The position numbers and the translations under genes are program-made. This document shows positions 9,922 to 20,973 of a stretch of DNA of 64,000 nucleotides, piece after piece (within the stretch, counting starts at the first letter, position 1; each line of letters begins with the position of its first letter). This DNA is from TPA_inf: Saccharomyces. Lineage: Eukaryota. The stretch spans positions 160,001-224,000 of the forward strand of contig BK006940.2 of NCBI GenBank assembly GCA_000146045.2, in the 5' to 3' direction. Under the pieces are notes generated by a model that saw nothing but the letters and a program-made list of their open reading frames with translations, made no database searches and was not told the origin of the DNA.

Positions 9922-12285
9922 ATGGATTCTCCATCCAATTCTATCCAGAATTTGCAGCAAGAAGCCCAGGGCAGCTCTTCCGCACAGCTTGCTGACCATG
10001 ATCATGATCGCGTATCAATGGCTATGCCCTTACAAACCGATCAAAGTGTTAGTGTTTCACAATCTTCTGATAATTTAAGGAGATCAAGACGTGTTCCTAA
10101 GCCAAGAACGAGCATTTATGATGAATACGAGGAAGAGTTAAAGGAAAGGGCGAATAAACCCAAGAGGAAGAGACCTGCTCCTCCTAAGAAAAAGGCACCT
10201 TCCACACAGAACTCTAAATCAAATGATAAAGTAGAGAAAAAGAAGACTACCTCAATTGCTAAGGATGGCAAACCTACACTGAAGACTAATGACAAAAAAG
10301 TGGCGCCGAAACCTAAACCAGCCCATGAACAAGTAGAACCCGCTTTGATCCCTAGCAATTGGACTTCTGTAATACCCTTGCTTACTTCTGATTTCAAGAA
10401 CCAGTATAGTGTCATCTCTAGGTTAAAAAATCCGAACATGAAGCCTGTGCCATATGCTGGAGATATCATTAAGCTGATGGCGTTCATAAATAAGTTTAGT
10501 TCTTTTTTCCATTCTGACCTACAAAATTTATCATTCCAAGATTTTGAGGTCGGTTTAGATTTGTATCCCGGCGATCCTAATGGAAGCGCAGCTGGTATAG
10601 TGAAGGGTCCTGAAGACACCTCCTTATTGCTATATCCTGATTTTATGGCCATCAAGGATATCGTCTATTGCCAAGACAAAATGAATTTACTGTTCCTATC
10701 CTTGTTAGATTTAACATTTACTGAAAATTTTGATGGTAAAAGTGCCAAGAAGAAAGGTCCATTAACAACCTGGGAGAATCTAAAATCGTCCTCCAAGAAA
10801 GTATTTTCCAATCCTCTTTATCGGTTAAGACTTGTAGCTCGCGAATGGGGGTATCCACGAGAATGGCGTCAACAACTCCCCAGTGACCAAGATATCTCCA
10901 AACCTAAAACTGCTCTTTTTGAACAAGATGAACAAACACCAGTGGTGGATCCCAGTCATCCAGAAATTTTAACGCCAAATATATATACCTGGAATGCTAA
11001 TGAACCACTCCCATTGGAATCAAATCCTTTGTATAATCGAGAAATGGACAAGAATGGAATTTTGGCGCTCAAACCAATGGATCGCGTTGTTTTATTGAGG
11101 GCGTTAACTGACTGGTGCGCTTCCCATTCATCTGCTATTCATGACGAGATATACAAATTAACTCATGGTAAAAAAGATCCCGTTTTTGGCATCCAAACAC
11201 AACAAGTGCCTAGGTATACAATTGAAGGGGTAGATAATACCATAAATCAGTTTAAAAAACTCTGCTCACTAATTCAATCAAGATATGAAATCAGAAGTAA
11301 GAAAAAACATTTTGTTAAACAACTAAAAGAGGGTAAAAAACCAGATTTATCAAGGAAGCTAGAAATACTGAAGGAAATTAAAGCGGAATTGAAGAACGCT
11401 GTAAAATCCGAAAAGGATGAACTTTTGTTCTCACTGTACGACAAGTGGGTCCCATTGTTTGAAGGCGAATTACCTGATCAACCATTAGCCAATCCTTTTT
11501 CGGAAAGACTTTATAAATTGCGATTACAAGAGTTCTTCCTTGGTAGAGTTCCCCATATAGGTGATTTTTATATGCCAAGATTACACAGTTATGGGGACTC
11601 ACTCGAAATGAGCACCTTCACTGATTTGAGAAATCTACAAGCATTGCTATCGAAATTCAAAAATAATGAATACAACGCTTTTACACTGTTTGAAAATGAT
11701 GGACAATCGATGAGTGCCCAATTCAAATTGTTTTACCATGACACACCATCGTTGGCGCATGATGTTGCACGAGGCAGAAATACATCGGGGAAGGTTTATT
11801 GGTATGAATTATGCCACGATTCAGCAACACTGCTGGAGTTCTTGGAGTTCTTGGACTATAAAATTGTTAAACCTCAAGATGAGAAAAAGGAGGGAAATGA
11901 AAAAGAAAAAGAAGCACTGAATAATGAAGCGCACATATTGGAGCAGAAATCTACCACTGATAATAATCCCTCCATAAATACAAACCCGCTACCAAAAGAC
12001 GCAAAATATAACACTGCGAGAAAGAAGTTACAGATATTAAAGGAATTTTTATCTGATTACTATTTCATTCTTCGTCAGTTTGAACAAATGAAAGTGCAAT
12101 TTGCAGACATGAAGCCAGGCAAGAGACAGTTGAGAAGGATACAGCGACAGACTGTAAACTATAATACGGAATATGATAGCGAGGAATATGTCGATGATGA
12201 AGAAGACGACGAAGCTGATATTTATGATGACAACGACAATGATTCTTCTTTTGATGATGGTAGAGTTAAAAGGCAGCGCACTTAG
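9922..12285 (+). CDS. IOC3: Ioc3, subunit of the Isw1a chromatin-remodelling complex, 787 aa
   Basis: ATG at 9922; the track ORF begins at a TTG two codons upstream. Protein MDSPSNSIQNLQQEAQGSSS... recognised as YFR013W. Confidence 0.9.
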   Translation: MDSPSNSIQNLQQEAQGSSSAQLADHDHDRVSMAMPLQTDQSVSVSQSSDNLRRSRRVPKPRTSIYDEYEEELKERANKPKRKRPAPPKKKAPSTQNSKSNDKVEKKKTTSIAKDGKPTLKTNDKKVAPKPKPAHEQVEPALIPSNWTSVIPLLTSDFKNQYSVISRLKNPNMKPVPYAGDIIKLMAFINKFSSFFHSDLQNLSFQDFEVGLDLYPGDPNGSAAGIVKGPEDTSLLLYPDFMAIKDIVYCQDKMNLLFLSLLDLTFTENFDGKSAKKKGPLTTWENLKSSSKKVFSNPLYRLRLVAREWGYPREWRQQLPSDQDISKPKTALFEQDEQTPVVDPSHPEILTPNIYTWNANEPLPLESNPLYNREMDKNGILALKPMDRVVLLRALTDWCASHSSAIHDEIYKLTHGKKDPVFGIQTQQVPRYTIEGVDNTINQFKKLCSLIQSRYEIRSKKKHFVKQLKEGKKPDLSRKLEILKEIKAELKNAVKSEKDELLFSLYDKWVPLFEGELPDQPLANPFSERLYKLRLQEFFLGRVPHIGDFYMPRLHSYGDSLEMSTFTDLRNLQALLSKFKNNEYNAFTLFENDGQSMSAQFKLFYHDTPSLAHDVARGRNTSGKVYWYELCHDSATLLEFLEFLDYKIVKPQDEKKEGNEKEKEALNNEAHILEQKSTTDNNPSINTNPLPKDAKYNTARKKLQILKEFLSDYYFILRQFEQMKVQFADMKPGKRQLRRIQRQTVNYNTEYDSEEYVDDEEDDEADIYDDNDNDSSFDDGRVKRQRT

Positions 12286-12536
12286 ACAACTAGCTTTCAA
12301 CGAACGTGAAGATTGTGAAACTCCTTACAGGCTGCATTTCGATTAATTAAGTAATGTAAAATTAAGACTATTAGTACATAATTAGATACGCGTATCTTTT
12401 CAACTAAGGCATAAAAAAAAAAGGTAGAAAGTGAGGACGAAAAAGTGCAAAATATCAAAGTCAAATCTTGCGCATATTCGAGCTTACAAAGTCATTGAAG
12501 ATTTATTCGCCAGTGTGGTAAAACGGCATACTGTTA

Positions 12537-13877
12537 TCATTCTTCTGTTTTGGTATCCTTCCCCTCTGGTTTCTCCTTCGCCTCATCCAAAGACTTTATA
12601 TCACTCCCAGGAAGATCGCTATCAGAACTACAGACTCTGTTAATATTTAAAAATTTTTCCTTTTCGGCAAGCACTGTGTTAACTAATTGTGCAAAAGCTT
12701 TGCTGGTTAACTCGGACTTCAACTTAGACTGTTCTTCTTCTGATAGCTTCTTGGATAGTTGACTGGTATCCGTTGCTTTCAATGGAGGAACTGAACCGTT
12801 TGCTTGACTTCCTTCGTCAAAATCTGAATCACTCTCTGTCTGTTCAAGATACAGATCTCTTAATTTCTGGATCTTCATGTTTAATCTGACTCTCTCAACA
12901 GAATTACGGAACTTTTGACGAGCATCCAATCCTTCCTTTAACCCAGGCAATAAATTGTGCGTCTTCAATTCGGTACAAATAATCCATGGATCTTCCAAGA
13001 GTTCTGCGGCGGTCGGTCTCTTTGAAGGATCCAAATTAAGAGCCTTCAAGATGAATTGTTTTGCTTTATTGGAAACGGAATCCCAATAAGGCCTATGAAA
13101 CTTCACTGGATACTCACCAGTTGTGCATTCGTCAAGGAAATCTTGAACCCTTTCGGCTCTAAACGCCGAATAACCGCAAAGCAAAGTATACGTAATGACA
13201 CCTATCGACCAAATGTCGCAAGGTTTACCATGACCGTCCTGAGTAAGTACCTCTGGAGCCACGTAACCCAGTGAGCCTGCCGGCTTATAGAGGAGTTCCT
13301 CATCACTTTTCAATCTCTTTGCGATACCAAAATCAGCAACTACCAGTGGAGATTCGTCACTTTTATCTATATACAGTAAATTTTCCGGTTTCAAGTCCCT
13401 ATGAACAATATTCTGAGAATGCATATATTTGACTGCGCTCAATATTTCAACCAAAATTCTCACTGCATCTTCCTCAGTGAACTTACCCTTCTTCAAAATC
13501 CTATCGAACAATTCACCCCCTTTGGCTAATTGCGTGATAATGTAGAACTTGTCTTTTGATTCAAACCAATCCTTAAATGCCACTATATTTGGATGATGCA
13601 GTCTTTGTAAAATGTCTAACTCGTCGTATAAAGCCTCTAGCTGAACCTTGTTTCCCTTTAGTGCTTTCTTGATCAGGATTTTAACGGCCACGTCCTCCCC
13701 TGTTTCAGTGTTTTTGGCTTGTCTCACCACACCAAATGTACCAGCACCTAATGTCTTCCCAAAAACATATTTTTTTTTATTCACGTACGAAGCAGGCTGC
13801 ACATGTGCCATTTTACCTTCAGAATCCTCCTCTGTTTGTTTTGGGGAGCTCTCCTTTTCTGAAACTTTGTCGTCCAT
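12537..13877 (-). CDS. CMK1: Cmk1, Ca2+/calmodulin-dependent protein kinase, 446 aa
   Basis: True ATG at 13877 ([14 protein letters not shown]...); the track ORF starts at an upstream TTG. Kinase motifs [20 protein letters not shown] and DFG are visible. Recognised as YFR014C. Confidence 0.9.
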
Positions 13878-14264
13878 AGTAATTGACTCGTTATTTTTTC
13901 TGGTGTCTTCCAATATTATATAATTGTGAGTTCTCTACGAGAATTGAAACCATTTATACTCTGGCTTGTAGTCGATGTGGCTTTCGTTCTTTTTATCCCC
14001 TGCGTAGGTAGCTCGGCTGCACCATTCTAAACGCGGGGGGAGTTTCTTTTTTTTTTTTTTTCAGCCTTTTCTTCGTAAGCAAAGTATCCCACGTAAAAGG
14101 TTCCTTATACTAACACATATGTACTGTAAAGGTAAAATTACTTCTATTTTTTCTACTGCTATTATTTCTATGTACTTATACAAGAATAACAGAACGTGCA
14201 ATACTAAAATTAATTTGATGCTCAGCTAAAAGAGTAAGATATGTTAGCAGAAGTTAAGATGGTT

Positions 14265-16391
14265 TTAATTATCCTCGTAGTATGCAGACGTATCGTTGTC
14301 ATCATCGTCATTGTCGATGGCTCCATTCGTGCTCAAATTAAAATAGTCATCTGCATTATTAGCATCTTGAAGGGTACCTAAATCGCCCGGAGTCATGTAA
14401 ACAGTACTATTGGACCTTACTTTGGGGGATCCGGGTACACTCAAAGGCCTGGCAATCTTGAATTTCTTGCCACCGGCAAGAGTATTCATATTGGCGTCAC
14501 TAATTGTTTCACCCACCAGTTGCTTGAACTGCTCTGGATAGGCCCTACGAAGACCCAACTGTCTAGCCTTAACGTATTCCAACCCCATTCTCTTCCAATC
14601 TAACAAGTCTGATAGTCTTTCGGTTCTGTTTCTTTGGTTGATTCTTTGTCTTCTGGTCTTGTTTACAAACTCTTCCATGTAGTCTGCTAATTGCTCGACA
14701 GATTCATCAGGGCTCTTGAAACGACGGTCTACAATATAAATACCATAGTCTTTCGCTTGGTCTGTTTCAATCAAGTCTTCCATGTAGGCACCGAACCCAG
14801 AAACGTTTGTTGTGATAGATGGGACACCCATGACGGTACATTCTGCTGGCGTGTACCCCCATGGTTCGTAATAGGATGGAAAAACACCCAAGTGACAGCC
14901 GCGAACAAACTCGTCATAATCCAAACCAAGGATAGGGTTATTGGCGTTTAAGAATTCAGGATGGAAAATCACTTTTACACGATCACTCGAATCATTGAAT
15001 AATCTAACATGTCTAATTTGGTTTAAAATTGGATCGTTAGCATCATCGCACATGTTATGTGTGACTACCGGAGGCAATTCCCCGTAAGGTCTTCTCAGCG
15101 CCAATACCCTTTTCTTCAGCAAAACCTTTTCAGAACTCTTCAACAGCTCATCTAAATTAGTGGGCAACTCTGATTCTAGGCCATTATGAGGGTATCTCAT
15201 CGTATGCTCGAAAATTCTCTTCCCAATGGATGCGGTGACCTCATTAACAGTATTTTCCAAAGATTTTACAATGGCTTGGCTTTTCAGTGCCTCCACAGTG
15301 AAGGAATTGGTTTTGGCAGGCATGATCAAAAACGCTACCACCGTCTTCTTGGATCCAGAAACCTTCAATCTGTAATTGAGACGAGCCAATGATTCAATGA
15401 ACATGTCAGCACCTTTGTTTTTGTATTCATATCTACCAGCGATAAAGAAATAAACTGTGTTGTCTAGATCGAAATCAAAACAACCATGGAAATGGCCTCT
15501 GACGAAATCATTAATTTTGTCCTTTTTCAGGGCATGCAGATTTTGAAATTCATGTACTGCTTGAAACTTAACAACGTTCAAACCATTGGGCAAAATGCCA
15601 TCCGGTTTCCTCTTCAACAAATGCTCCGCTTCTAATGCAGTGATTTGCGACACAGTCGTAAAAACATCGGCAGTATGAGCCGCAGCGCGCTCAATGCAGT
15701 ACCTATGATATATGCCTCTCTTACCAGCTTCTTGGTCCACATCAAAATACTGTAGATTGTTATAAAAATCTACATCACCAGCGGCACACAAGTATCTACC
15801 CAATAAAGTTGCGTGCGTGGTGAAAATCGTTACAACATCAATTCTTTTCTTTCTACACAATGGCAGGGCTACACCAGCTAGCCATTCATGGAAATGGCCA
15901 ATGATGGCATGGCTACTGTCCAGTTTTGAAACTTCTCCCAAAAACCACACAACAACATAACCCAACAATATGGCATCGTTTGTTTCGTGATCATGCTCTG
16001 GTGATGGAATTCCGACGAGAGACCATAGGTCAGCCTTCCATTCGTTCAAAAAGTGTCTTACAGAATCCAGCTCAAATAAAATGACACGTGGTGCTCCCTC
16101 AATCAACCAGTTACCGTAGACAAAGTTCACACCCTTTTCCCGCATGGACATCAAAGTTTTTTGGATCGGTAACAGCTCTTCAGGAAAGATACTTTCATCT
16201 TCCCAGTCAAGTTTTTCAACCTCACTTTCATAAGTCGCCTTGTTCAAAGGTCCAAGCAGCGTATAGTTGTCTCCGTATTGTGCCACAGTGACTGGAGCCT
16301 TGGACTTCAAGACAGAGTAAATACCACCAACCCTGTTAGTTACTTCTGTTGCTACTTCGAACAGTAGATGATTTTGTAAGTCACGAGCCAT
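14265..16391 (-). CDS. GSY1: Gsy1, glycogen synthase (GT3 family), 708 aa
   Basis: True ATG at 16391 ([27 protein letters not shown]...); the track ORF starts at an upstream GTG. Recognised as YFR015C. Confidence 0.92.
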   Translation of the reverse strand: MARDLQNHLLFEVATEVTNRVGGIYSVLKSKAPVTVAQYGDNYTLLGPLNKATYESEVEKLDWEDESIFPEELLPIQKTLMSMREKGVNFVYGNWLIEGAPRVILFELDSVRHFLNEWKADLWSLVGIPSPEHDHETNDAILLGYVVVWFLGEVSKLDSSHAIIGHFHEWLAGVALPLCRKKRIDVVTIFTTHATLLGRYLCAAGDVDFYNNLQYFDVDQEAGKRGIYHRYCIERAAAHTADVFTTVSQITALEAEHLLKRKPDGILPNGLNVVKFQAVHEFQNLHALKKDKINDFVRGHFHGCFDFDLDNTVYFFIAGRYEYKNKGADMFIESLARLNYRLKVSGSKKTVVAFLIMPAKTNSFTVEALKSQAIVKSLENTVNEVTASIGKRIFEHTMRYPHNGLESELPTNLDELLKSSEKVLLKKRVLALRRPYGELPPVVTHNMCDDANDPILNQIRHVRLFNDSSDRVKVIFHPEFLNANNPILGLDYDEFVRGCHLGVFPSYYEPWGYTPAECTVMGVPSITTNVSGFGAYMEDLIETDQAKDYGIYIVDRRFKSPDESVEQLADYMEEFVNKTRRQRINQRNRTERLSDLLDWKRMGLEYVKARQLGLRRAYPEQFKQLVGETISDANMNTLAGGKKFKIARPLSVPGSPKVRSNSTVYMTPGDLGTLQDANNADDYFNLSTNGAIDNDDDDNDTSAYYEDN

Positions 16392-16718
16392 ACTTCGCTG
16401 TGATGCTGCGTCTGAGTTTATTTTCTTTTTCTTCACAGGTTTCCAGGCTGTGCTAACTAGTATATTTGGAGTTTAGATATATAGATATAAGTCAATGAAA
16501 AAAAAAGTGGAAGGTAATAAGAAGAACCGTTGCGGGAAGAAAAGAAGGAGTTTATGTTTATATACACCGGTGTAGGCTGTGCGTTGGTGTGAACACTTCC
16601 TGTTGCTGTTGCTGTTGAAGCCGTCTCCGCATGCAACTGTAGTCATACAGCCTCTTGTCTGCCCTTATTCAATTGACCAGCTAACAATAGCTTCGCTTTC
16701 TTTCTGAAAAATCCTCCA

Positions 16719-16723
16719 AGGGG
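16719..16723 (+). promoter_or_regulatory. Candidate STRE (AGGGG) stress-response element about 330 bp upstream of GSY1, next to a G6 run (16735-16740)
   Basis: Direct read: ...ccaaggggtattacttgtggggggttcc... in the GSY1 5' region. Msn2/4 STRE cores are CCCCT/AGGGG. Functional assignment is inference. Confidence 0.3.
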
Positions 16724-17041
16724 TATTACTTGTGGGGGGTTCCAGGAACCCATAGGCCGGGGCATGTTTCACGGGAAGTTCTGTGGCAGGAAATGGTCCC
16801 TGAGTAGCCGCGCAGGTGGCTTTTGCCTTTGCCGTACCGATCGGGAAATTGTGCCCCTGAAAGATTCCGTTTACGGCGCTTCTGTGCAACCTCTTTGGGC
16901 AAGCTTTGCTCCTGTCAATAGAGCAATTATTTGACAAGGTTTCTTTTACCTTGTTTTATGTGGGTTAAACGTGGGAGGAGAACTATAAATCACATGTGCT
17001 GTCAAGAGATTATGTTAGTTACGTAGCGCGCTTAAGCTTTC

Positions 17042-20000
17042 TTAAATAGTATCGTAAATGAGTTCCCGCAATTTGTAGTCTTCGTTAGCTTCTTCTATTT
17101 CTTCCCAGTTCCCGATTAAGTCATTGTGTCCTCTGACCACACCTGGAAGACTCCTACCCTTGCTGAAAGTCTTCCAAACTTTTCTCGCTTCATCATCTGT
17201 GCCAAGATCTCTGTAGGTGAACGGGATTCGGTTGGCCGTCAGGATTGTGCTTAAGCGATTTGTTCTGGGGATCATATGGAAACCGCCTCCGGCTAGTGAC
17301 GTGTATATATATACAGGTTCCTTTTCATTCAGCTTCCGGATCTCGCTAGTCGTTATTACGTCTTGTGGCTTGTCATTGTTTTTCTTGGATTGCTCAGTAG
17401 TTTGAGTTGTGGAGTCTTTCGCATCTAGTGATTGGAGTAGAGCGTTTAGTTCAGAATCATCAACAATTTTTAGTTGCTCTAAAAACTCATTCGTTTCGTC
17501 CAAAATATCTTTGAAGATGTCATCTGCACTTGCTTTCTTGGGATTTTCCCTTGTACTTTGATCTTCAAATCCATTTTCGTCATTGTTTGGGGCTTCTTTA
17601 CTGATTGACTCTGTTTCATTGAAGTCTAACTGGGATACCTCCTCTTCTTCTTGCTTAATTTCATTCTTTTCCTCCGTGATGTTTTCTTCCACTACAAGAT
17701 CAGGAAGAGAAGTTTCTTTCTCTGTTTCTTCTACTTCCAATTCCTTGTCTTCTCCTTTATTATCCTTTATATCTTGTTTTTCCAATTCTGGCAATTCGAC
17801 TGTCCTTTGAAATTCGTCTGAAATGTTGATATCGTCGATCTCTTGATCTCCGGTGACATCTTTGAGCGCCTCAGCAATCTTAGAATTTTCCATATTCTCG
17901 TCTTCTTTTGTCACGGCTTCCGCATCCTTTTTTGAAACTTCTGCCTCCGTACATGTTCCATCCTCTATTGGAGTCTCAGCAGGTTCCGAACATTTTGTTT
18001 CGATGTCTTCTTTTGAAGTTGCAGCAACTTCCACATCTTCATTTTCTTTATTCAGTTCAGCAGTGACTTCTGCCTCTTTTGGAGCGTCAAGATTTCCAAG
18101 CTCTGCCTTTACCTTGATAAATTCAGTTTTTTCGGAATTCTCCACTTCTGCATCTTCCTCGGTGTCAACTTCCACATCTTCATTTTCTTTATTCAGTTCA
18201 GCAGTGACTTCTGCCTCTTTTGGAGCGTCAAGATTTTCAAGCTCTGCCTTTACCTTGATAAATTCAGTTTTTTCGGAATTCTCCACTTCTGCATCTTCCT
18301 CGGTGTCCTTCTTGACAGATTCGCTGCTAGGTTCTATATATTTTTCGGCAGTTCCAACATCACTTGCTTTTGAATTTTCGCTCGCAGCCTCAGTAGCTTC
18401 ACCATGTTCATGATTTGTATCTTTGCCGGTGATTTTATCGCCTTCTTGTGTAATTTCAAAGCGTTTGGGTTTTTCTTCTTCTTTGAAACTAGTAGTAGAT
18501 CCTACATCTCCCATATCCTTTTGTGTAGTTTCAGCTTGTTCTGTTGAAATTTGAACGCGCTGGGATTTGGGATCTTCTTCTTCGGAATTCTCAATGGTTG
18601 TTGCAATTTCTGGCTTTACATCTTCATCGGGAACTCTAACATCTTCCTTTAGAACCTCAGGATCTCTTTCGTTGATTTGAAGATCTTCTGGTCTTCCGGA
18701 GGTACAACGCTTAACTACTTTTGGAGACTCAGGAGTCTTCGATTTCTCAACCTCTACACCTTCTGCACTTTCTCTTGCTGTTTCATCAACCTCTTTTTTT
18801 GCTTTCTCGTTGGAAAGCTCAGCAGTCCCCTCTTGCTTCTTTTTCATGTCTTCACTGATAGACTCAGCACCTCTCATTGCTATTTTATCATCTTTCATGG
18901 CCTTAACAGGTTCATCCAGCTTGACTTGTTCCCCTTCTTGATCTTCTTTGGCAACCTCGAGATCTTCAGGTATTATATTTTTTTCCACAGCCTCAACAAT
19001 CTCTACATCATCCCTAGGCGCGTCAGGTATATCGATTTCTCCGACAACTTCCGTAGGCTTGTTTTCCTGAGTAGGTGCTTCAGCTTCATCTTCAAGAACA
19101 AGGTTATCTTTAGAAATTTTTGCAGAGTTTGCGCTTCCCTCTATTTCAATAATGGAAGATTTTTCTCCCGCTTCTGACTGCTTTTCATCTCCCCCCATAA
19201 TTTCCTCTCCTTTTGATGTAGATTCTTCTTCGGTACCGGACACTTCATTATTTCTTACAGCTTCTTGCTCCCCGGTTACATTTTCTTTTTTAACTTTTGA
19301 AAAAGTCGAATTTTCTTCTTCTTCTTCTTCTTCTTCTTCTTCTTTTTCAACTTCTACAGATATATCGTTAGTACCGTGTTGTAGATTTTTTTCATTGTCA
19401 CTAATGCGCTTTGTTGGTCCCATCGTTTCGTCATCATAAGTCTCTCGCTCAGTTTCTGGAGGGATGATACTATCACTACCAGCTGCGTTAAAATTATGGC
19501 TCATGTTATTCTCATGATTAACAGATAATTCTTTCCTACATTTTTCGTCTTCTTTATCCTTCTGTTCAAAAACATGGTCTTCTTTCCCGATTTCTGTTTC
19601 TTTCTGATTTTTTGCAAGAACTGAAGGACTTATTCCGTCTCTATCACTTTCAGTCTGCTGCTTTTCCCCAGCTTTCAAATGTTTTGATTCGTTCTCTTTG
19701 AAATTAAACCCATTCTTAGTTAAACTTTCACTTTCAACATCCTTAGTAGACGCTTGCCCATTTTCATCACCTGCCTCCAAACCGTGCGGCTCTAGTTGGT
19801 GTTTAAAAGAAGCTGCATTTCCCTCATTAACATTTAAGATCTCATTCTCTTCTCGAGGTAAGGTATGTTCTGCCTTTTCCTCGTTGATATTGTTCTCGGA
19901 CTTTGAGGAAGTTTCGTCAACATTATCTTTGTTAGGCACATCTATGTCGAAGGTTTTGTCACTAGATTCATTTCTGGTTCTGATATCCATTTTTTCGACA

Positions 20001-20743
20001 TTAACAGGCTCATCTTGGACAATATTTACTTTGATATCCTCGTTCTTTGAACCATCTTCCTGTAGGTACTCTTCAATGCCTACTAGTATGGAATCTAAAG
20101 TTGACTGTTTTGACAAATCAGTAGTATCTGCAGGATTTGAAGAATTACGACCTCTTCTATTCGTGGTTTTTTTCTTTTTGTTTTTTTTTCTTCTCGTAAT
20201 TGGGCTATTGCCAACCTCAATTCCTGTGGATTCTTTGATTGGTGGTACATTTTCTGTGCCTTCCGCTACATTGTTAGTAGAAGTTTCTTTGATAACTACA
20301 TTGACGTCTATTGGGATCTGTGTGGGAGATTCTGTAGCGTCATTTATTGTATCTGTGGCTATCTCTATTACGTCGTCTTTTCTTTCCAAATCATGAGAGA
20401 TTGCATCCCGTGTGGAAGCTTCCTCGGTTTCACCAACAGAACTGGAAAGTTTTACAATAGTATCTCTGTCACGATTCGCCTTTATTTGTCCCTGGTTTTT
20501 CTTTTTATGACCTTTCAATTTAGAAGATTTCCTTTGAGATGATAATTCCTGTGCAAAATTCTCAGTGGCATTTATCGCTTCATCTAAGTCACTTTCTGTA
20601 AGTTGATCTCGACTTTCTATAATATCATTCGTACTTGGTAAGGGAAGATCTGTAGCAAGTGTCGAATACGAATCTCCAGCACTAGTTACCGATGGGGGTT
20701 GAACATTGTGTTCCTGATTTTCTACAGTCAAAGATTCTACCAT
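17042..20743 (-). CDS. AIP5: Aip5 (YFR016C), large acidic low-complexity protein with a C-terminal glutaredoxin/thioredoxin-like fold lacking a CxxC motif, 1233 aa
   Basis: ORF MVESLTVENQEHNVQPPSVTSAGDSY... The body is E/K/S/D-rich with an E10 run. The C-terminus reads ...VYIYTSLAGGGFHMIPRTNRLSTILTANRIPFTYRDLG... Recognised as YFR016C. Confidence 0.9.
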   Translation of the reverse strand: MVESLTVENQEHNVQPPSVTSAGDSYSTLATDLPLPSTNDIIESRDQLTESDLDEAINATENFAQELSSQRKSSKLKGHKKKNQGQIKANRDRDTIVKLSSSVGETEEASTRDAISHDLERKDDVIEIATDTINDATESPTQIPIDVNVVIKETSTNNVAEGTENVPPIKESTGIEVGNSPITRRKKNKKKKTTNRRGRNSSNPADTTDLSKQSTLDSILVGIEEYLQEDGSKNEDIKVNIVQDEPVNVEKMDIRTRNESSDKTFDIDVPNKDNVDETSSKSENNINEEKAEHTLPREENEILNVNEGNAASFKHQLEPHGLEAGDENGQASTKDVESESLTKNGFNFKENESKHLKAGEKQQTESDRDGISPSVLAKNQKETEIGKEDHVFEQKDKEDEKCRKELSVNHENNMSHNFNAAGSDSIIPPETERETYDDETMGPTKRISDNEKNLQHGTNDISVEVEKEEEEEEEEEENSTFSKVKKENVTGEQEAVRNNEVSGTEEESTSKGEEIMGGDEKQSEAGEKSSIIEIEGSANSAKISKDNLVLEDEAEAPTQENKPTEVVGEIDIPDAPRDDVEIVEAVEKNIIPEDLEVAKEDQEGEQVKLDEPVKAMKDDKIAMRGAESISEDMKKKQEGTAELSNEKAKKEVDETARESAEGVEVEKSKTPESPKVVKRCTSGRPEDLQINERDPEVLKEDVRVPDEDVKPEIATTIENSEEEDPKSQRVQISTEQAETTQKDMGDVGSTTSFKEEEKPKRFEITQEGDKITGKDTNHEHGEATEAASENSKASDVGTAEKYIEPSSESVKKDTEEDAEVENSEKTEFIKVKAELENLDAPKEAEVTAELNKENEDVEVDTEEDAEVENSEKTEFIKVKAELGNLDAPKEAEVTAELNKENEDVEVAATSKEDIETKCSEPAETPIEDGTCTEAEVSKKDAEAVTKEDENMENSKIAEALKDVTGDQEIDDINISDEFQRTVELPELEKQDIKDNKGEDKELEVEETEKETSLPDLVVEENITEEKNEIKQEEEEVSQLDFNETESISKEAPNNDENGFEDQSTRENPKKASADDIFKDILDETNEFLEQLKIVDDSELNALLQSLDAKDSTTQTTEQSKKNNDKPQDVITTSEIRKLNEKEPVYIYTSLAGGGFHMIPRTNRLSTILTANRIPFTYRDLGTDDEARKVWKTFSKGRSLPGVVRGHNDLIGNWEEIEEANEDYKLRELIYDTI
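18025..18306 (-). repeat. Near-perfect in-frame tandem duplication, 2 x 141 bp (47 aa each), within AIP5
   Basis: Copy 1 is about 18025-18165 and copy 2 about 18166-18306. They are identical except one visible substitution (gatttccaag vs gattttcaag; E vs G in the protein). Each encodes VDTEEDAEVENSEKTEFIKVKAEL(E/G)NLDAPKEAEVTAELNKENEDVE. Confidence 0.9.
19314..19343 (-). repeat. (CTT)10 on the plus strand, which is (GAA)10 encoding E10 in AIP5
   Basis: Direct read: cttcttcttcttcttcttcttcttctt. Confidence 0.9.
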
Positions 20744-20973
20744 GTCACTCTTTATTTAATCCAGAGTAATCAAGCACACCAGTACAATAATTGCTAACAG
20801 GTTTAAAAAGAGAAAGTGTTCTGGAATAAAACCACTTGCTTATATGCGAAGTGACTACGAAATATTAAGGGAAAATATACGACAATTTCGTGTTCAGAAA
20901 CTTAACAAATATTTTCATCTTGTCTGTTATATTCTCGGAAGCTTTAGGATAAATTTATCCTTAAAAAAAGGAC

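Noticed and set aside
14265-16436. Apparent N-terminal extensions of GSY1 ([15 protein letters not shown]-), CMK1 (13878-13913), IGD1 (22862-22963), MET10 (53231-53311), PES4 (39808-39873), ECO1, IOC3, ULI1 and DCV1 in the ORF track
   Set aside because: I checked the start codons on the sequence. These track ORFs begin at GTG or TTG, not ATG, because the track uses bacterial-style alternative starts. The first real ATG coincides with the known protein N-terminus in every case. They are not upstream ATGs or longer isoforms.
17853-20396. Long antisense ORFs opposite AIP5 (17853-18413 at 186 aa; 18677-19177 at 166 aa; 19698-20396 at 232 aa)
   Set aside because: They are low-complexity S/F/L-rich translations of the reverse complement of GAA/GAT/AAG-rich coding sequence, and they start at non-ATG codons. 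They are typical composition artefacts.
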